The position numbers and the translations under genes were made by a program. Under the pieces are notes generated by a model, which was not told the origin of the DNA, made no database searches, and was given only the letters and a program-made list of their open reading frames with translations. DNA of 64,000 nucleotides from Azolla caroliniana (Eukaryota > Plantae > Polypodiophyta): positions 19,964,001-20,028,000 of the forward strand of contig JBHGNT010000004.1 in the NCBI GenBank assembly GCA_043228905.1. Direction: 5' to 3'. Shown here in pieces: positions 11,901 through 23,874 of this stretch. How positions within the stretch are numbered: position 1 is the first letter of the stretch; each line of letters begins with the position of its first letter.

Positions 11901-12790
11901 TTCTTCCGCTAGAGCCTTTCCAAAAGTGGGGCCTGCATTTCGTCGGCCCATTCAAACCAGCCGCAACTCGCACAGGAAATAAGTATATCATAGTGGTGAC
12001 GGATTTGTGTTAACACGACCATGTCTACTGCAAAATTTGTTTACGAATACTTATGGTGCCGATTTGGTTGCCCGATCGAGCTCGTAAGTGATCACGGAGG
12101 TCATTTCCTCAATCGATTTATTTAGGAACTCACGACACTGCGTGGTGGTCCAAAAGAAAATCACGTAATACTACCCACAAGCAAACGGCCTGGCCGAGTA
12201 AACAAATAAAACATTGTAGAACATTCTCAAGAAGATCATGAATAAACATCGGACCAATTAGGATGATAAGCTTCACAGTGCACTATGGGCATATCGCACA
12301 ACGTTCAAAACAAGTATCAAATCTACACCTTTTTGTGTGGCTTTTTGTTTGGAAGCGGTCATGCCTATGGAATTCTAGGTACCGAGTCTATGAGTACAAA
12401 TCACCGAACGACTTCTTGAGTCTAAGTTAGAGCAAAAACGACTCGAGCAATTACTAGAACTCGGTGAACATCGGATCGCCAGTCGGACCCAATTAGAACA
12501 CGGCCAACGACAATGGAAAGCCTTCGTCGACTGCCATCGGAAGGGCTCGGAGAAATCATTCAAAATTGGTAAACCGGTCCTAGTTTTTCAAACTCGGCTC
12601 GACTCGATGCTAGGGAAGCTCCAAACCATTGGACGAGCCTTTTTGAATCATTCACGAATTCAGTGGGACGTTCCAACTCAAGATACTAGTCGGCGACATC
12701 TTGCCAAAATGGGTCAATGGGTTTCGGTTAAAACCATATCTCAGCCATATCCCACCAAACCCTTTCGCCGATAAGCAACAAGGCCACTAG
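8919..12790 (+). pseudogene. pol (PR C-half, RT, RNase H, integrase) of outer Gypsy element
   Basis: ORF 9485-10204 is Gypsy RT; RH and INT motifs follow in PR-RT-RH-INT order with frameshifts; ends ...KWVNGFRLKPY. Confidence 0.9.
10376..10847 (-). mobile_element. Probable solo LTR inserted in RT-RH linker
   Basis: ~470-bp insert interrupting AILTAPAPTT|TMKSLNRF; ends GTTATTAGAG...CTCGTAACA; minus-strand TATAAATA followed by a CT-rich tract; TSD not clean. Confidence 0.6.
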
Positions 12791-13164
12791 CAGTCCACAA
12801 TAGGTGAAATGGAGGATCACGGGGACCAGTCACCCTGATAACGATAACTACTCTACCTACCTGAAATTGTATACTAAGTATTTAAGGAGCATGCACAACA
12901 TATGAGAAAAGAAAGTATAAACGATTTCCAACCTGTGTTCTTTAAACCATATTATGGTAGGTAAGATTATGAATCTAAGGCACAAGGCCACGTCTCGAGA
13001 ACCAAGGCAAATACATAAAGTAGGGAACCATAGGCACAAGACACAATGCAAAGACGCACATAGCCTTCAAGCTCTCTCACTCTCACACCCCCTACTCAGA
13101 AGCTTTCAAGCTTGCTCGCTCTTAGCCTCAATACTTTTCTTACTCTTCATCTCTCGAGCCAAAC

Positions 13165-16100
13165 ATGCCGCTCGGAGTTTCAAAGGAGCTTCGCACTTGG
13201 TTAAACAGGCACGACCTGGGCGGATACCTCAAAGTGGTTGATGCACCCCCCCACCCCGAGGCACAGGAAATCAGACGCCACGTGTATCCAGACACCATCA
13301 CCAACGACCAGATTCGGTTGGTGTTGGGCATGTAGCGAGGCAAGGAACATGACATCGGGGCTCCGCCTCAAAACATCCTCAAAGCCTATTTCGGGGAGTA
13401 CTCAGTGTCGGCACAAGGCATATCGCACACACGACAACCCTAACAAGTTCTTTGGGGTTCTCACCAAATTTATTTTGGTGCTCGGCTACATGCATGCTAA
13501 CGCATACAACATGTTGCAGAAGATGGCGAGAATAATCATTACCGCATATAGAGGTAGTGCATTCGATTGGGGAATCATCACAGGGGAAGGAGTTTGTGCC
13601 AACTTGTTGGCTTTTCAGGCAGGGAAACAATTCTTGCCTGCCTTAGCACACTACTTATTTGTGCTTTACCCCCCCAATCCACTACCACACCCCACCAAAC
13701 CCTCGCCCTCCCCGCCCCACCAACCCACCCACCCAAGCGAAACGATAACGAGCTTTACAATTAGCTCAGGAAGAATGGCAGGATGATACGCTTGTCCAAA
13801 CTCCAACCTCACCACGACCGACCAAAGATGGTCAAGCCCAAGAGCTTGAAGATAATATCACCATAAGAGGGTGTGAAAAACCTAAGTCATCTGCCCTGGT
13901 GGAAAAACTGAAGCTAAAATTGGCTAGCCCACGATAAAAGCGTCGGGAGGAGACTCAGACAACCATGAAGAATAGCAGGCAATCCTCCTTGGAGCAACCG
14001 GAATGGCTCCGAGAAGAATCAACATAAGCCTAGAGGAGCCCTGCTAAGAAACACCGCTGGTTGCAATGACACAACGAAGAAAGAATTGAAGGGGACTCTT
14101 GGGTCGAGAACCTCTAATTGGTCATCGCTCCCGAAAAAACCGTCGTCGTCATGGACAAAACTCTGTCCTTGACAGGCAATACTGAGACAGGGCAACACTC
14201 TCGAGTCTTGGAAGAAGAAGTGCTAAACTTTAGGGACATGTCCATCAAGTCCTATGAGCTGATCTTATAACATGGCATGACGTACGAGCTAATTGACTTC
14301 CTCGCTTGCCTCCAAGTTGCTGCCGTTGCGCGAATGTCACAGGAGCACACCAAACAACAAATGGTCCAACGGATGCCAACGAGCTCAATTTGGACGACGA
14401 ACTGCAACTGCAAAAAATCGGCCGAAAGCAGGTAACCAAAACCCATCGTGCAAGGATTGAGCTACTTGAGCTCAACATGGCCATAGTCGAAGTTTACCAA
14501 AAATTGGACAAAGCGACCCGCGCAGCCAAATACATGGCAATTAGTAGCAAACAGGGCAAAATGGCTACCGAATTGTGGCAGGCTTCGAACAACCGCATGA
14601 CCAAGCTAGAACAATGGCTGAAAAAACACGGGCAAACAAACTTCCTCACCCTACCACCCCCTGCTACCAACCATGTGGATGTGTCCACACAGACAGAAGA
14701 ACAACCGACTTGGTGCTGGCCACCGAAACGACCAAGGTTTCCCCGCCCAACTACGAAGAGGAGCTCACGGCGCAATCGGCGATCACCAAGAAAGCTAAAG
14801 AGCAATATGAAGCGGCCAAAGCAGAAGCCGACAAATCTGGGAGATGACAGCAAAATGCAAGACTGAACTCCAACAAAGACTCGACGCACAAACGGCCAAG
14901 CTCCAAGAAACAGAAGAAAATGTTGCGTTGGCTCTTCGGGCAGTAAACGAGGCTTCTATGGCCAAAATACATTAGATTGAGGAAGGATATCAATGGGTTG
15001 TGGCCATTACTAACAACCAACTCCTCAGTCTCCAAAATGCACACACAGAACTCCAAGAATGGTTTAGTCGGCAGCTGGACATGTTGGAAGAAGCAGTGCG
15101 GGACAAATATACATTGTCGGAGTCCCTCCACCAACTACAAATCTCCACGGCACAAGAGCGGGAACGGGAGCACGAGCGATATCTGCAGGAGCTAGCCGTG
15201 AATTCGGATTGACTCCTCCGACGCTACGACCAACATACGGAAGTAATGGAGAAAAAGCTTCTTTGGGTTACTGCATCATTCGAAATCGTGAAAGCCAAGC
15301 TCGAGCGAGACGTCGCGACTGCCAAAGAAGAACCAGACACCCTATGTGCCAAATACGAGATGGTTGAAGCACGCATCAAGGCATTAGTGGTAAACCCTCG
15401 GCTAAAACTGAATCAGAAGATCAAAGAGGCACTAGCTCATGAATGGAAAGAATGGTTGGCTCAAGCTGCCGAATTACAAGTCTTTCGACTAGATGCCGAA
15501 AATCAGAGAAAAGAAGGCCACGGTTTTTACAAGATGGACGAGAATAGCATTCAGATTCTTTGTGAAGACCTCACCAAGTAATTTCAAGCTTTGGCCCGAA
15601 CACACACCACGGCCATCGGAAACCTTCTAGAGGAATTCAACGATGACCAATTGTTGCTCATGATTGAAATGGAAGGCTATGAGCACAAGTGCCTCCGAGC
15701 TGAAAAGGAAGCAGAAGTTGCAGCACAGACCTCAACAGGCTGGAGTGACGGGAACTCAACGCTCTCCTATACACAATGCTCGGCCACAACCGAGCTTCTT
15801 TTCATACACAGAAAACGAGAAATAAAACACGCGACACAAAGGAGAGAAAAAAAGGTACACAGAATGTTTACGTGGAAAACCCAAAGAGGGAAAAACCACG
15901 ACAGCCCACAGGCTGCAAACTATCACTAAGTTGGAATGTACAAAAAAAACAGTGAGTTCACGAAAAGGCAACGACCTCGTGCTCACGATCTTCGCCACAG
16001 GCGGCGGTTACAACAAAGGCAGCAACCTCTTTCTCTCTCTCGCTCTGTACACTGTTACGTGCACTCTCTTCTTCTTGCACCAACAAGAAAATGACAACAA

Positions 16101-16833
16101 CAACACTACAAGTTTTCCCTAAGTCATATTTATACTAATATGACTTTTTCGGCTATTTACAAATGTAGCCTCGATGGGCTCTCAGAAACATATTTACAAA
16201 TATGTCTCTTCCTCCGGTTCGTACCGGGTCTGCATCATCCGGCTCTCCGTAGCCCGGTGCTCCTCATCCGGTTCTCACCGGGCCTGCACCATCCGGCTCT
16301 CCGTAGCCGAGTACTCCTCATCCGGTTCACACCGGGCCTGCATCATCCAGCTCTCCGTAGCCGGGTACTCCTCATTCGGTTCACACTGGGCCTGCACCAT
16401 CCGGCTCTCCGTAGCCGGGTACTCCTCATCCGGTTCCGGCCTCGGCCGAGATTGTTCGTCGGCACTGTTCTTCTCCCTTCCCATCCAGAGGGACCTATCT
16501 CCCAACATGGAGGACCGAGGAAGCAATCCAGGAGCTGAAAGAAGAAGAGTTGAAGCGCCCTGGCCTGAAGATGGAACAAGTGGTTGAACATATCACAGGG
16601 ACAAAGTAGGAGGAAGTGGCTCTAGAAGCCACAATGGTAATTACAGACCAACGACTCGATTTTTTGGCCAAGTTACACGTAGAAGAGCCAAAATAGGAGG
16701 AGGCGACTCAAAAGCCAGTGAACCAAACTGAAGCCCAGGAGAACACTGAGCAAAGGGCCGATTTGACGACCGATCTCACACCGAGGGAGTCAGAGCAACC
16801 AAAGGGCATCACATCAATTTTGGAAGAAGACTA
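13165..16833 (+). pseudogene. Accessory ORF of outer element (downstream of integrase), fragmented and interrupted by a solo LTR
   Basis: IIITAYRGSAFDWGII and WLAQAAELQVFRLDAENQRKEGHGFYK align with inner element LIMATYEGI*VDWSVL and WAKHAAELQLLRADVENRQKEGDEFYK. Confidence 0.7.
15746..16507 (-). mobile_element. Solo LTR of the Copia family at 29643-35225
   Basis: TG...CA ends, perfect TSD TGGAG, contains the 54-bp tandem repeat and R/U5 sequence of the intact Copia LTR in reverse orientation. Confidence 0.93.
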
Positions 16834-16917
16834 AGTGTACAATACCATTTTTTGGCTCTTTCGATAACAATATTCTCAATTTTTCAATTTCGGATTTTTT
16901 GGAGCGATTTTGTTTTT

Positions 16918-16956
16918 TGGGTTCGACGTGCAAGGCACTCTCCCACGGGCGTGCCA
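16918..16956 (+). promoter_or_regulatory. tRNA-Arg(UCU)-like 3' end (antisense PBS) at PPT position of outer element
   Basis: TGGGTTCGA-CGTGCAAGGCACT-CTCCCACGGGCGTGCCA, 2 nt before the inferred 3' LTR; preceded by a T-rich, not purine-rich, tract. Confidence 0.78.
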
Positions 16957-16958
16957 GG

Positions 16959-17486
16959 TATCATCCGCGAGACAAAAGGCACGAGCTGTGAAACGAATCT
17001 AAAGAGACGAGTAGGTCAAGTAGGTAAAAAGGGAATCAACCGAGCACTCATAGCCGAGGAAGGTATAACGAAATACATGCACTCGAGAGTAAAGGTCGGG
17101 AATTAGGAGGAAGTAGTTGAAGCGCGCCAAGGACAGAACAGGCTATGTAAATCGTGGAACAACAGAAGGGAAAAAATGGGGAATATATGCATATGCTATG
17201 ATATAGAAGAAAGAGAGAGTGACTAATATAAACGGCATGTTTGCCTTGTAATCAGTTTTATCTAGGAATCAATATACATGCTTTTTGGGTCATCTCTATG
17301 TCTGTTCCGTAATCTGTACTTTCGATTATGTTATTCCTAAGTCATAAGTGGAACACCGATTGTGGCTAGTTATCGGGTAACTAATCAGCCTACTCGGCCC
17401 TATCAGACTCTCCTACGTAACCACGATTCCTTGACCCAATTACTCAGGGAGTAATCGAAGGTGTAACCCTGAGGAAGGGGAAAACA
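16959..17486 (+). repeat. 3' LTR of outer element (partner LTR outside window)
   Basis: Starts TATCATCC (decayed TG), TATATAAA ~17227, ends CCCTGAGGAAGGGGAAAACA similar to the inner LTR end; chromovirus integrase coding sequence resumes at 17487. Confidence 0.65.
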
Positions 17487-17531
17487 AGAGCCATGGACAT
17501 TAAGTTTTATACAAAATCGACTTGTTCTACC

Positions 17532-18126
17532 TTTTAGGAATATGTCCCTCCAGTGGGAGGAGCCGACTGATTGGATGAGATCCGACTATTGAGGAGTCGA
17601 CTCAGAGAGAGTTGATTGAGGTCGAAGACATGACCGACTAGTCAGGCCGACCGGATGGTCGACTAGTCGGACCGACCCGACAGTCGACGAATGATTCGGT
17701 TGATTAGTAAGACTATTCTTATTATTATTGGATAATAATAATGGCCACATTTGTAAATAGCCCATACATGGTATAAGTATAAATACACTTAGGGCAAGTA
17801 GTAGATAATGAATGTGAGAACAGTGTGTGAGCCTCTGTGGTGTAGCTAACGATAGAGAAGAGTGAAAACGAGAAGAGAGACTGAGTGAGCGGCACCATAA
17901 CTATATTTTGTAACAGCATACGCCAAGAGCCATGCACGACTGATACATTCGGTGTAGAGAGTGTTGTACTCTAATATCGTCATTGTATAGTGAAGCTCCG
18001 TTCTCCGTGGTTTTCTCCCGCTTTAGGGTTTCCACGTAAAATTTGTGTACACTGTTTTTTATGTGTTTTTCGAACTGTGTACTTCAGTGCATTCCTTCTT
18101 GTGGATTGATGATTCATTTCTCAACA
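17532..18126 (+). mobile_element. Solo LTR, Copia-type
   Basis: TSD CTACC on both sides, ends TCAACA, TATAAATA at ~17778, shares CCGTGGTTTT..GGGTTTCCACGT motif with the intact Copia LTR. Confidence 0.85.
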
Positions 18127-18406
18127 CTACCACCACTTCTGGTTGAACTTGTTGAAGAACCAGAATGTGAGGTAGAAACTATTTTGGACTCCAAGATAAT
18201 GTGCAATGAGATTATTACCTCGTAGATTGGCTCGGATACAAGCTGTCACGGTTTTCCGTGGCTTGTGAGCCGACTTGGGCGGGACCACTGGGGTCTTGAA
18301 CCAAAGAGGATGGTGAAAGGCACTTGCCTTGAAGATTCGATCCATAGAATGGATCGGTTCGTTTCTTCGGGTATGGATGAATTCTTACGGTAGTCCCAGA
18401 ATACAC

Positions 18407-18817
18407 TATCATGAAGACATACATTTTGGCCTCACAAGGATTCGAGCCCAAAACGTGTTGGTCTATATGTTAGACCTTCAACCATTATAATAACATACAT
18501 GATGTAGTATTAGTTATTACAAGATATTTAGAGTATTCTAGAATATTCTAGAGTATTCCATGATTACATTAAATATCATAAATATCTAAAATATTCTAGA
18601 ACATTCTAGAATACTCCATAAGGACCTATAAATAGGTGTCTATTCATTCATCACAACTCATTCAGTTCAACACCAGTTTGTAGCCCCTTAGCTACTCTTT
18701 GTAATCATTGCTCTCTTATAATATAAACTCTCTTTCCATTTCTAGTGTTCTCTCTCTCTCTCTCTATACCTTCTATTGTCATCTTATCTTTCTCTCTCCT
18801 ATTCTCAAGTCTTGACA
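18407..18817 (+). mobile_element. Solo LTR, chromovirus-like
   Basis: TATCATGA...TCTTGACA ends, perfect TSD TACAC, TATAAATA at ~18627. Confidence 0.85.
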
Positions 18818-19217
18818 TACACTTGTCCGGCCGAGTTGACCCTCTTCTAGTCTTGACCGACTTAATTGTCAGACCCGGATTCGGATGACACAATCGGCCA
18901 ATTTAGACTCCTCTGATTCGTTCGGTTTGGTGGATCCCATTGGCCGAATTAGGTAAAGACCGGATGGGTCCAATACTCTCTCCACCCTCATCACCGGGAA
19001 TGTCTCTAGGAAATTCTTCCCTACAGAGGAGGAGCTCTTAGACTCACAACGGTGCGTGTGGCCAACAACAGGACCTAGATTATACCTCCGAATGATGAGC
19101 ATGTAGACTCACTACAACGAGCGGAGGACTCATGCAGATGCGAGAACATCCGCTAGCGTTGTAGAGCGAGGGTGAACACTCCGAAGGATTTGTATGCAAG
19201 AGAGAGGGAGAGAGAGG

Positions 19218-19259
<42 letters not shown>

Positions 19260-20174
19260 TTATAGATTATATTATCGTCTTCGGAGTTCAAATATGACCT
19301 ATGAGACAAAAAATATTACATTTCACATGATACGTGTGAAAATGAGTAGTGACTCTCGATGTTCAAGAACTTTACCAATGAATGTTGCAATCGAGAGTGC
19401 ACATTGTGGCTGTGAGAAGAATTCATGCAAGGATTGGGCTCGGTCGAAGAGATGTGGAACGCATGGTCGAATATGATCAAAGGCAGAGCATTGTATCAAA
19501 GTGTGATACTCAGACTCACGAACTTGTTTAGGGCAAAGTGTGCATAGCCGACCACTCTCATCACTTGTGCCCCAACTCCATGTCTCACATCGCAATGCAT
19601 GTGAGCTAAGTTGCATGGAAGCAATGGTTTGAATGGTAGATAACGGTATGGGCTCTAACATGTATCGATGTGTACGATTTTTTTTGTACGTTTTAGGGTT
19701 AGGTTTAGTGATAATTATGATAGCATGATTATAATGATGGGTGTGATGATGGAGATAAGCATTGTGGAATTGATGATGACAGGATGAGCATTGAGAGGCA
19801 TTGCGGGGTGGGGGGTGGTGCCTAGAACGGATCCACCCCCCTCCCAAGGGGGTTCAACGTTAAGGGGGAGAGAGAGAGAGAGAGAGAGAGAGATGGTTAT
19901 TGTTCATGTATTCATTCATTCCCCATAAGGGTTTAAATAGGTACAAAAGGGGGTAGATACATTGGGGTGTAAGCCCCCTCGAGCATTCATACTGGAAACT
20001 CACTCACACCTCCTCGTATCCATCCACATGCACACATGTGTGCATGTGTTCACATACGTATAGACTCACAATTACATTTATGCCCCCTACACGTACACAA
20101 CAACATCATGATAACATTCGACCCTCACTCATCACACTTGACTCTCCGTACATCTCGTACGGGATAACACAATA

Positions 20175-20214
20175 TGGCAAGCCCGTGGGAGAGTGCCTTG
20201 CACGTCGATCCCAC
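20175..20214 (-). promoter_or_regulatory. tRNA-Arg(UCU)-like 3' end (antisense PBS) at PPT position of the non-autonomous element
   Basis: Minus strand GTGGGATCGA-CGTGCAAGGCACT-CTCCCACGGGCTTGCCA, 5 nt before the 3' LTR. Confidence 0.8.
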
Positions 20215-22358
20215 ATGCCTTGATGATGATATTTCTTCGACCAAGACTTCCATCGGTCCTTTCAACGATTGACTCCCTCGATCAAAGTGCTTGACTCGAA
20301 CATCTTTGTCGGTCAGCAAATCTTTCCACAACACGAACATTCTCGTTTTGTCGGCTTACGAACTTCGTCATGGGTCCAAAATCATGTCGTGTATATGTAT
20401 ATTCTTCTTTTGTTTTGAGTGTGTGTGAGTAGTCTTGGGGATTTTCAAAATTTTGGTGGTGCCCTCTTGTTTTTTAAAATTTTGATATGTACCCTTATGT
20501 TGATGAAATTTTCTCGTTACGTCCTCATAATTTTTTTTTTAAAATTCTGTTCAATACCCCTATGTAATTGAAATTCTCACATATGCCCTCAACATATGCC
20601 CTTATAATCTCTTTTTCCCCTCTTCTTCCTCTTTCTACATTTCTTCATTCCTTTTTTCTGTTTTGCCTCTCCCGCTCTTTTCTTTGTCTGTCCATCTTTT
20701 TTCTGTCTTTCTCTTCTTTCTCTTCCTGTCTACGGATCTTGTCTTGTCTGTGTCAGTTTTTGCTTCTCTCTCTTCTGCGTCCTTCTCTTTCACGATCCCT
20801 TCTCCTTCTCCTTCTTCTTCTTGCTTTGTTATGCGTTTTCTCTTCTTTCTTCTTCTTTGTCCTGCTTCGTTTGCTTCTGTTGCCGCCACTGCTTCCATTG
20901 TCTGGTGCCATTTGCTATCCATCTCTCTGTTCGTCCATGCCTTGTCGTTGTTGGTCATCATAGTCACTATCTTTGTTGGCCCTGTCTGGCTGGTCTCTAG
21001 TCATCACTTATTCAGCCACTACTCCGGTTGTTGGTTGTCTGGCCGTCGCAGGTTCAGCCACTCTGATGACTGTTCGGCTATTCCGACCGTTGTCCGGCCA
21101 TTCCGGCCGCCTCCATTCTGACCATCGTCTCCTTTGTCCGGCGCTATCCGGTGCCTGTTCATAGGTTGTCGTCTCTGTCTCCAACAATTTTTTATGTCCA
21201 CGTATGGCTGTCTCTGACTGTTTTATCGGCTACCCGTTGTTTGACCCATCTGGCCGTCGGTTCCACTCGTTGTCATGTGTCTATTCGTCCCTTCGTTTCA
21301 ACGTCATCTCTGATTCGGCCATCGTTTGTTCAGCCGCCACCATCGCACCAGCCGGTATTCAGCCATTCTTTTGCCTTTCCGGCCCTTCTAGTCGGTCCTT
21401 CGGTTGCTTCTGGCCATCTCCGTAGGTGTCTCTCTCTTCATTTGCCCTTGTCCAGCGGTCTCTTTCCACAATTTGACCCTCGGTTTGGCCGCCGCTTGTC
21501 GGCCTCTCCGGCCTTTTCCGTCTATGCCTCGACCGTTGTCAAGCTACCACTCCGTTGTGGACTCCATCACCATCTCTGTTGGTTTCCATCCATTCGAGTC
21601 CGCTTCTGTGTCTCTGCCTCCCTTGTGGTTTTCCGGCTCCCGTCAGTGACTTTCTACATCACATTGTCTCGTCTGACTTCTCCATTTCTGGCTACGTCAT
21701 GTCGGTGTCTTTGTCTCCGTCTGGGTTTGCCAGTCGCCTCTGTCGTTGTCTGTCGACCGCCCATTTCGTTTGACCATTTGTCTGATCTGGTCCAGTCCTT
21801 CATCTTTTTGGATGTGTCTATCTGGCTGACCGTGTCCTTCCGGTGTTGTTGGTTTCTCTGGTCGTCGATGTCTGGTTTGCGTTTGCATCTCTTCTCTGTC
21901 TTCTATGGTCCTTCGGCGTTAACCAACTCTGGTTCTTGTTTCGATTCCGGTTCCGACTCTCTCCGCGTTGTTTCTTCTAGAACCATTGCCCGTGCATTCT
22001 CAGCACATCCTGCTGGTCTCCGCTCCACACACTGCGACTTTCTTCGCAATCTCCTGGTGGGCTTCTCTTTCTGGTCGTGTTGGCACCGGTTCCCTCTGCG
22101 TTGCTGTTTGTCCAGTCGTGCATCTTGCACCACGCTTTTGAGAACACGCTCATTGTCGCTAACCGCTTTCGGAAACACGCACATGGACACTAATTGCAAC
22201 CTCGCACAAACATTGTTGCCATTCATGCATTCCTCCATAGACTTCCTCCAACATCTTCACCGTCATTTTCGCGTTTCGCCATTTCTTGCACTTAGTCGCT
22301 ATGGCTTGCACATCCGCATATCATTCTTCAACTCCGTCTCCAAAGGGGGGTCTCCTTA

Positions 22359-22368
22359 GTGGTCGCCA
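22359..22368 (-). promoter_or_regulatory. Primer binding site, tRNA-Arg(UCG)-type
   Basis: Minus strand LTR-CAACA-CCTTT-TGGCGACCAC. Confidence 0.8.
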
Positions 22369-23822
22369 AAAGGTGTTGTACATTTTAGGGTTAGGGTTAG
22401 TGATAATTATGATAGCATGATTATAATGATGGGTGTGATGATGGAGATAAGCATTGTGGAATTGATGATGACAAGATGAGCATTGAGAAGCATTGCGGGG
22501 TGGGGGGTGGTGCCTAGAATAGCTCCACCCCCCTCCCAAGGGGGTTCAACGTTAAGGGGGAGAGAGAGAGAGAGAGAGAAAGATGTCAAAGAGAGAGAGA
22601 GAGAGAAAGAAATGGTTATTGTTCCTATATTCATTCATTCCCCATAAGGGGTTAAATAGGTACAAAAGGGGGTAGATACATTGGGGTGTAAGCCCCCTCG
22701 AGCATTCATACTGGACACTCACTCACACCTCCTCGTATCCATCCACATGCACACACGTGTGCATGTGTTCACATATGTATAGACTCACAATTACATTTAT
22801 GCACCCTACACATACACAACAACATCATGATAACATTCGACCCTCGCTCATCACACTTGACTCTCCGTACATCTCATACGTGGTAACAATTTCCCCATTC
22901 TGCAAAGAATATGGTTTTGTAGTTAGGTGCAACATGTGTAGTATAATGTGTGAAGCGTAAGCCTCCACATTTGTCCCATGTCATGATACATTGGCATTGC
23001 AAAAAGGCCTCATTTACAGAGGAATCTAATGATGCATCATGAGGCAAGTGTCTCGCATCCCATCTACCAAACCATTTTTCTATATCTTGCATCCAACCGG
23101 AACACAAAATTTTGCTTTTATGCGTCTCTTGGATCTTTTTGCTTGCTTCCCATGCAATTCTAGGAAGTCGATGTGAGGAACTTTTTTGAACCTTAAGCAT
23201 GTATTCAACAACCCTTTCCATGGCCATGATCTCAATGGGAAGCGATCCCGTCTCAAGGAGGAGGAGAGTGTAGGGCGTTTGTTTCTTAACTTGTAGAAAC
23301 TTTGTAAGGAAGTTTTTTGGACATTTTCAAACTCTTTCCACATAGATTTAGGGATGTTACCGCCCCATACTTCCACCCCATAGAGAAGAACCAGGGTCAC
23401 CAAAGTGTCAAAAAGATATTTCTTGAGGACCCAACACTTAATATCTCCAAGATTGCATGTGTTCTCAAATGCATAGTATGCTTGCTTACCCACCTCTAAG
23501 CGGTGTGTAGCACATTCATTCAATCTATGATTTGAAGGAACTTCAAGGCCAAGATATTTGAAGCTTTCCACACATTCAAGTGGCCCATTGTTGTACATAA
23601 TGCATGGTTTATCTCTTTTTTGTCTCTTCACAAGCATAATCTTGTTTTATAGCTATTGACACTTAATTTAGTATGCACGCAAAAAAATTCCAATGCCTTC
23701 AAAAGCTTTTGTGCATCTCCTAAAGTATTTGCAAAAAGCACTACATCTGCATATAGCAAAAGCATAATCACAACATTCCCAATGACAACTTCTTCAACAC
23801 ATTCTTCATTTTCAAACTTGAT

Positions 23823-23870
<48 letters not shown>

Positions 23871-23874
<4 letters not shown>

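Larger units (their letters stand above)
1..17486 (+). mobile_element. Decayed non-chromovirus Ty3/Gypsy (Athila/Tat-related) LTR retrotransposon, 5' end outside window ('outer element')
   Basis: Gag C-terminus with decayed CCHC knuckle (~470-510); protease IIDGGS|VNVISE split at 986/8919; RT (WLSPIVVV..IRVCVDYRK, FLDN) 9485-10370; RNase H (DASDVAI..YYASR..YSTIER) ~11040-11450; integrase ~11700-12790 with no chromodomain and no extra RNase H; accessory ORF; 3' LTR ~16959-17486. Many stops and frameshifts. Confidence 0.88.
19682..22888 (-). mobile_element. Non-autonomous LTR element (LARD/TRIM-like), ~0.5-kb LTRs, 2.2-kb internal region without recognisable gag/pol
   Basis: Direct repeats 19682-20169 and 22374-22888, TSD ATTTT/ATTTC, LINE frame restored on removal (FFAEWGN|RTHRYML); PBS TGGCGACCAC 5 nt inside the 5' LTR on the minus strand. 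Confidence 0.9.
19260..23826 (-). mobile_element. 5'-truncated LINE (RTEX/RTE-like), RT C-half and C-terminal CCHC domain, inserted in (GA)n
   Basis: Minus strand LLYADV, FKYLG, LLYGVEVWG, then QLSSHALRCETW..LCTLC..ESEYHTLIQC; 3' tail (ATA)n-like; (GA)n on both sides; interrupted by 19682-22888. Confidence 0.85.

Noticed and set aside
21151-22359. 402-aa + strand ORF
   Set aside because: Ser/Leu/Phe/Cys-rich shadow frame of a pyrimidine-rich strand inside the non-autonomous element; no domain motifs.
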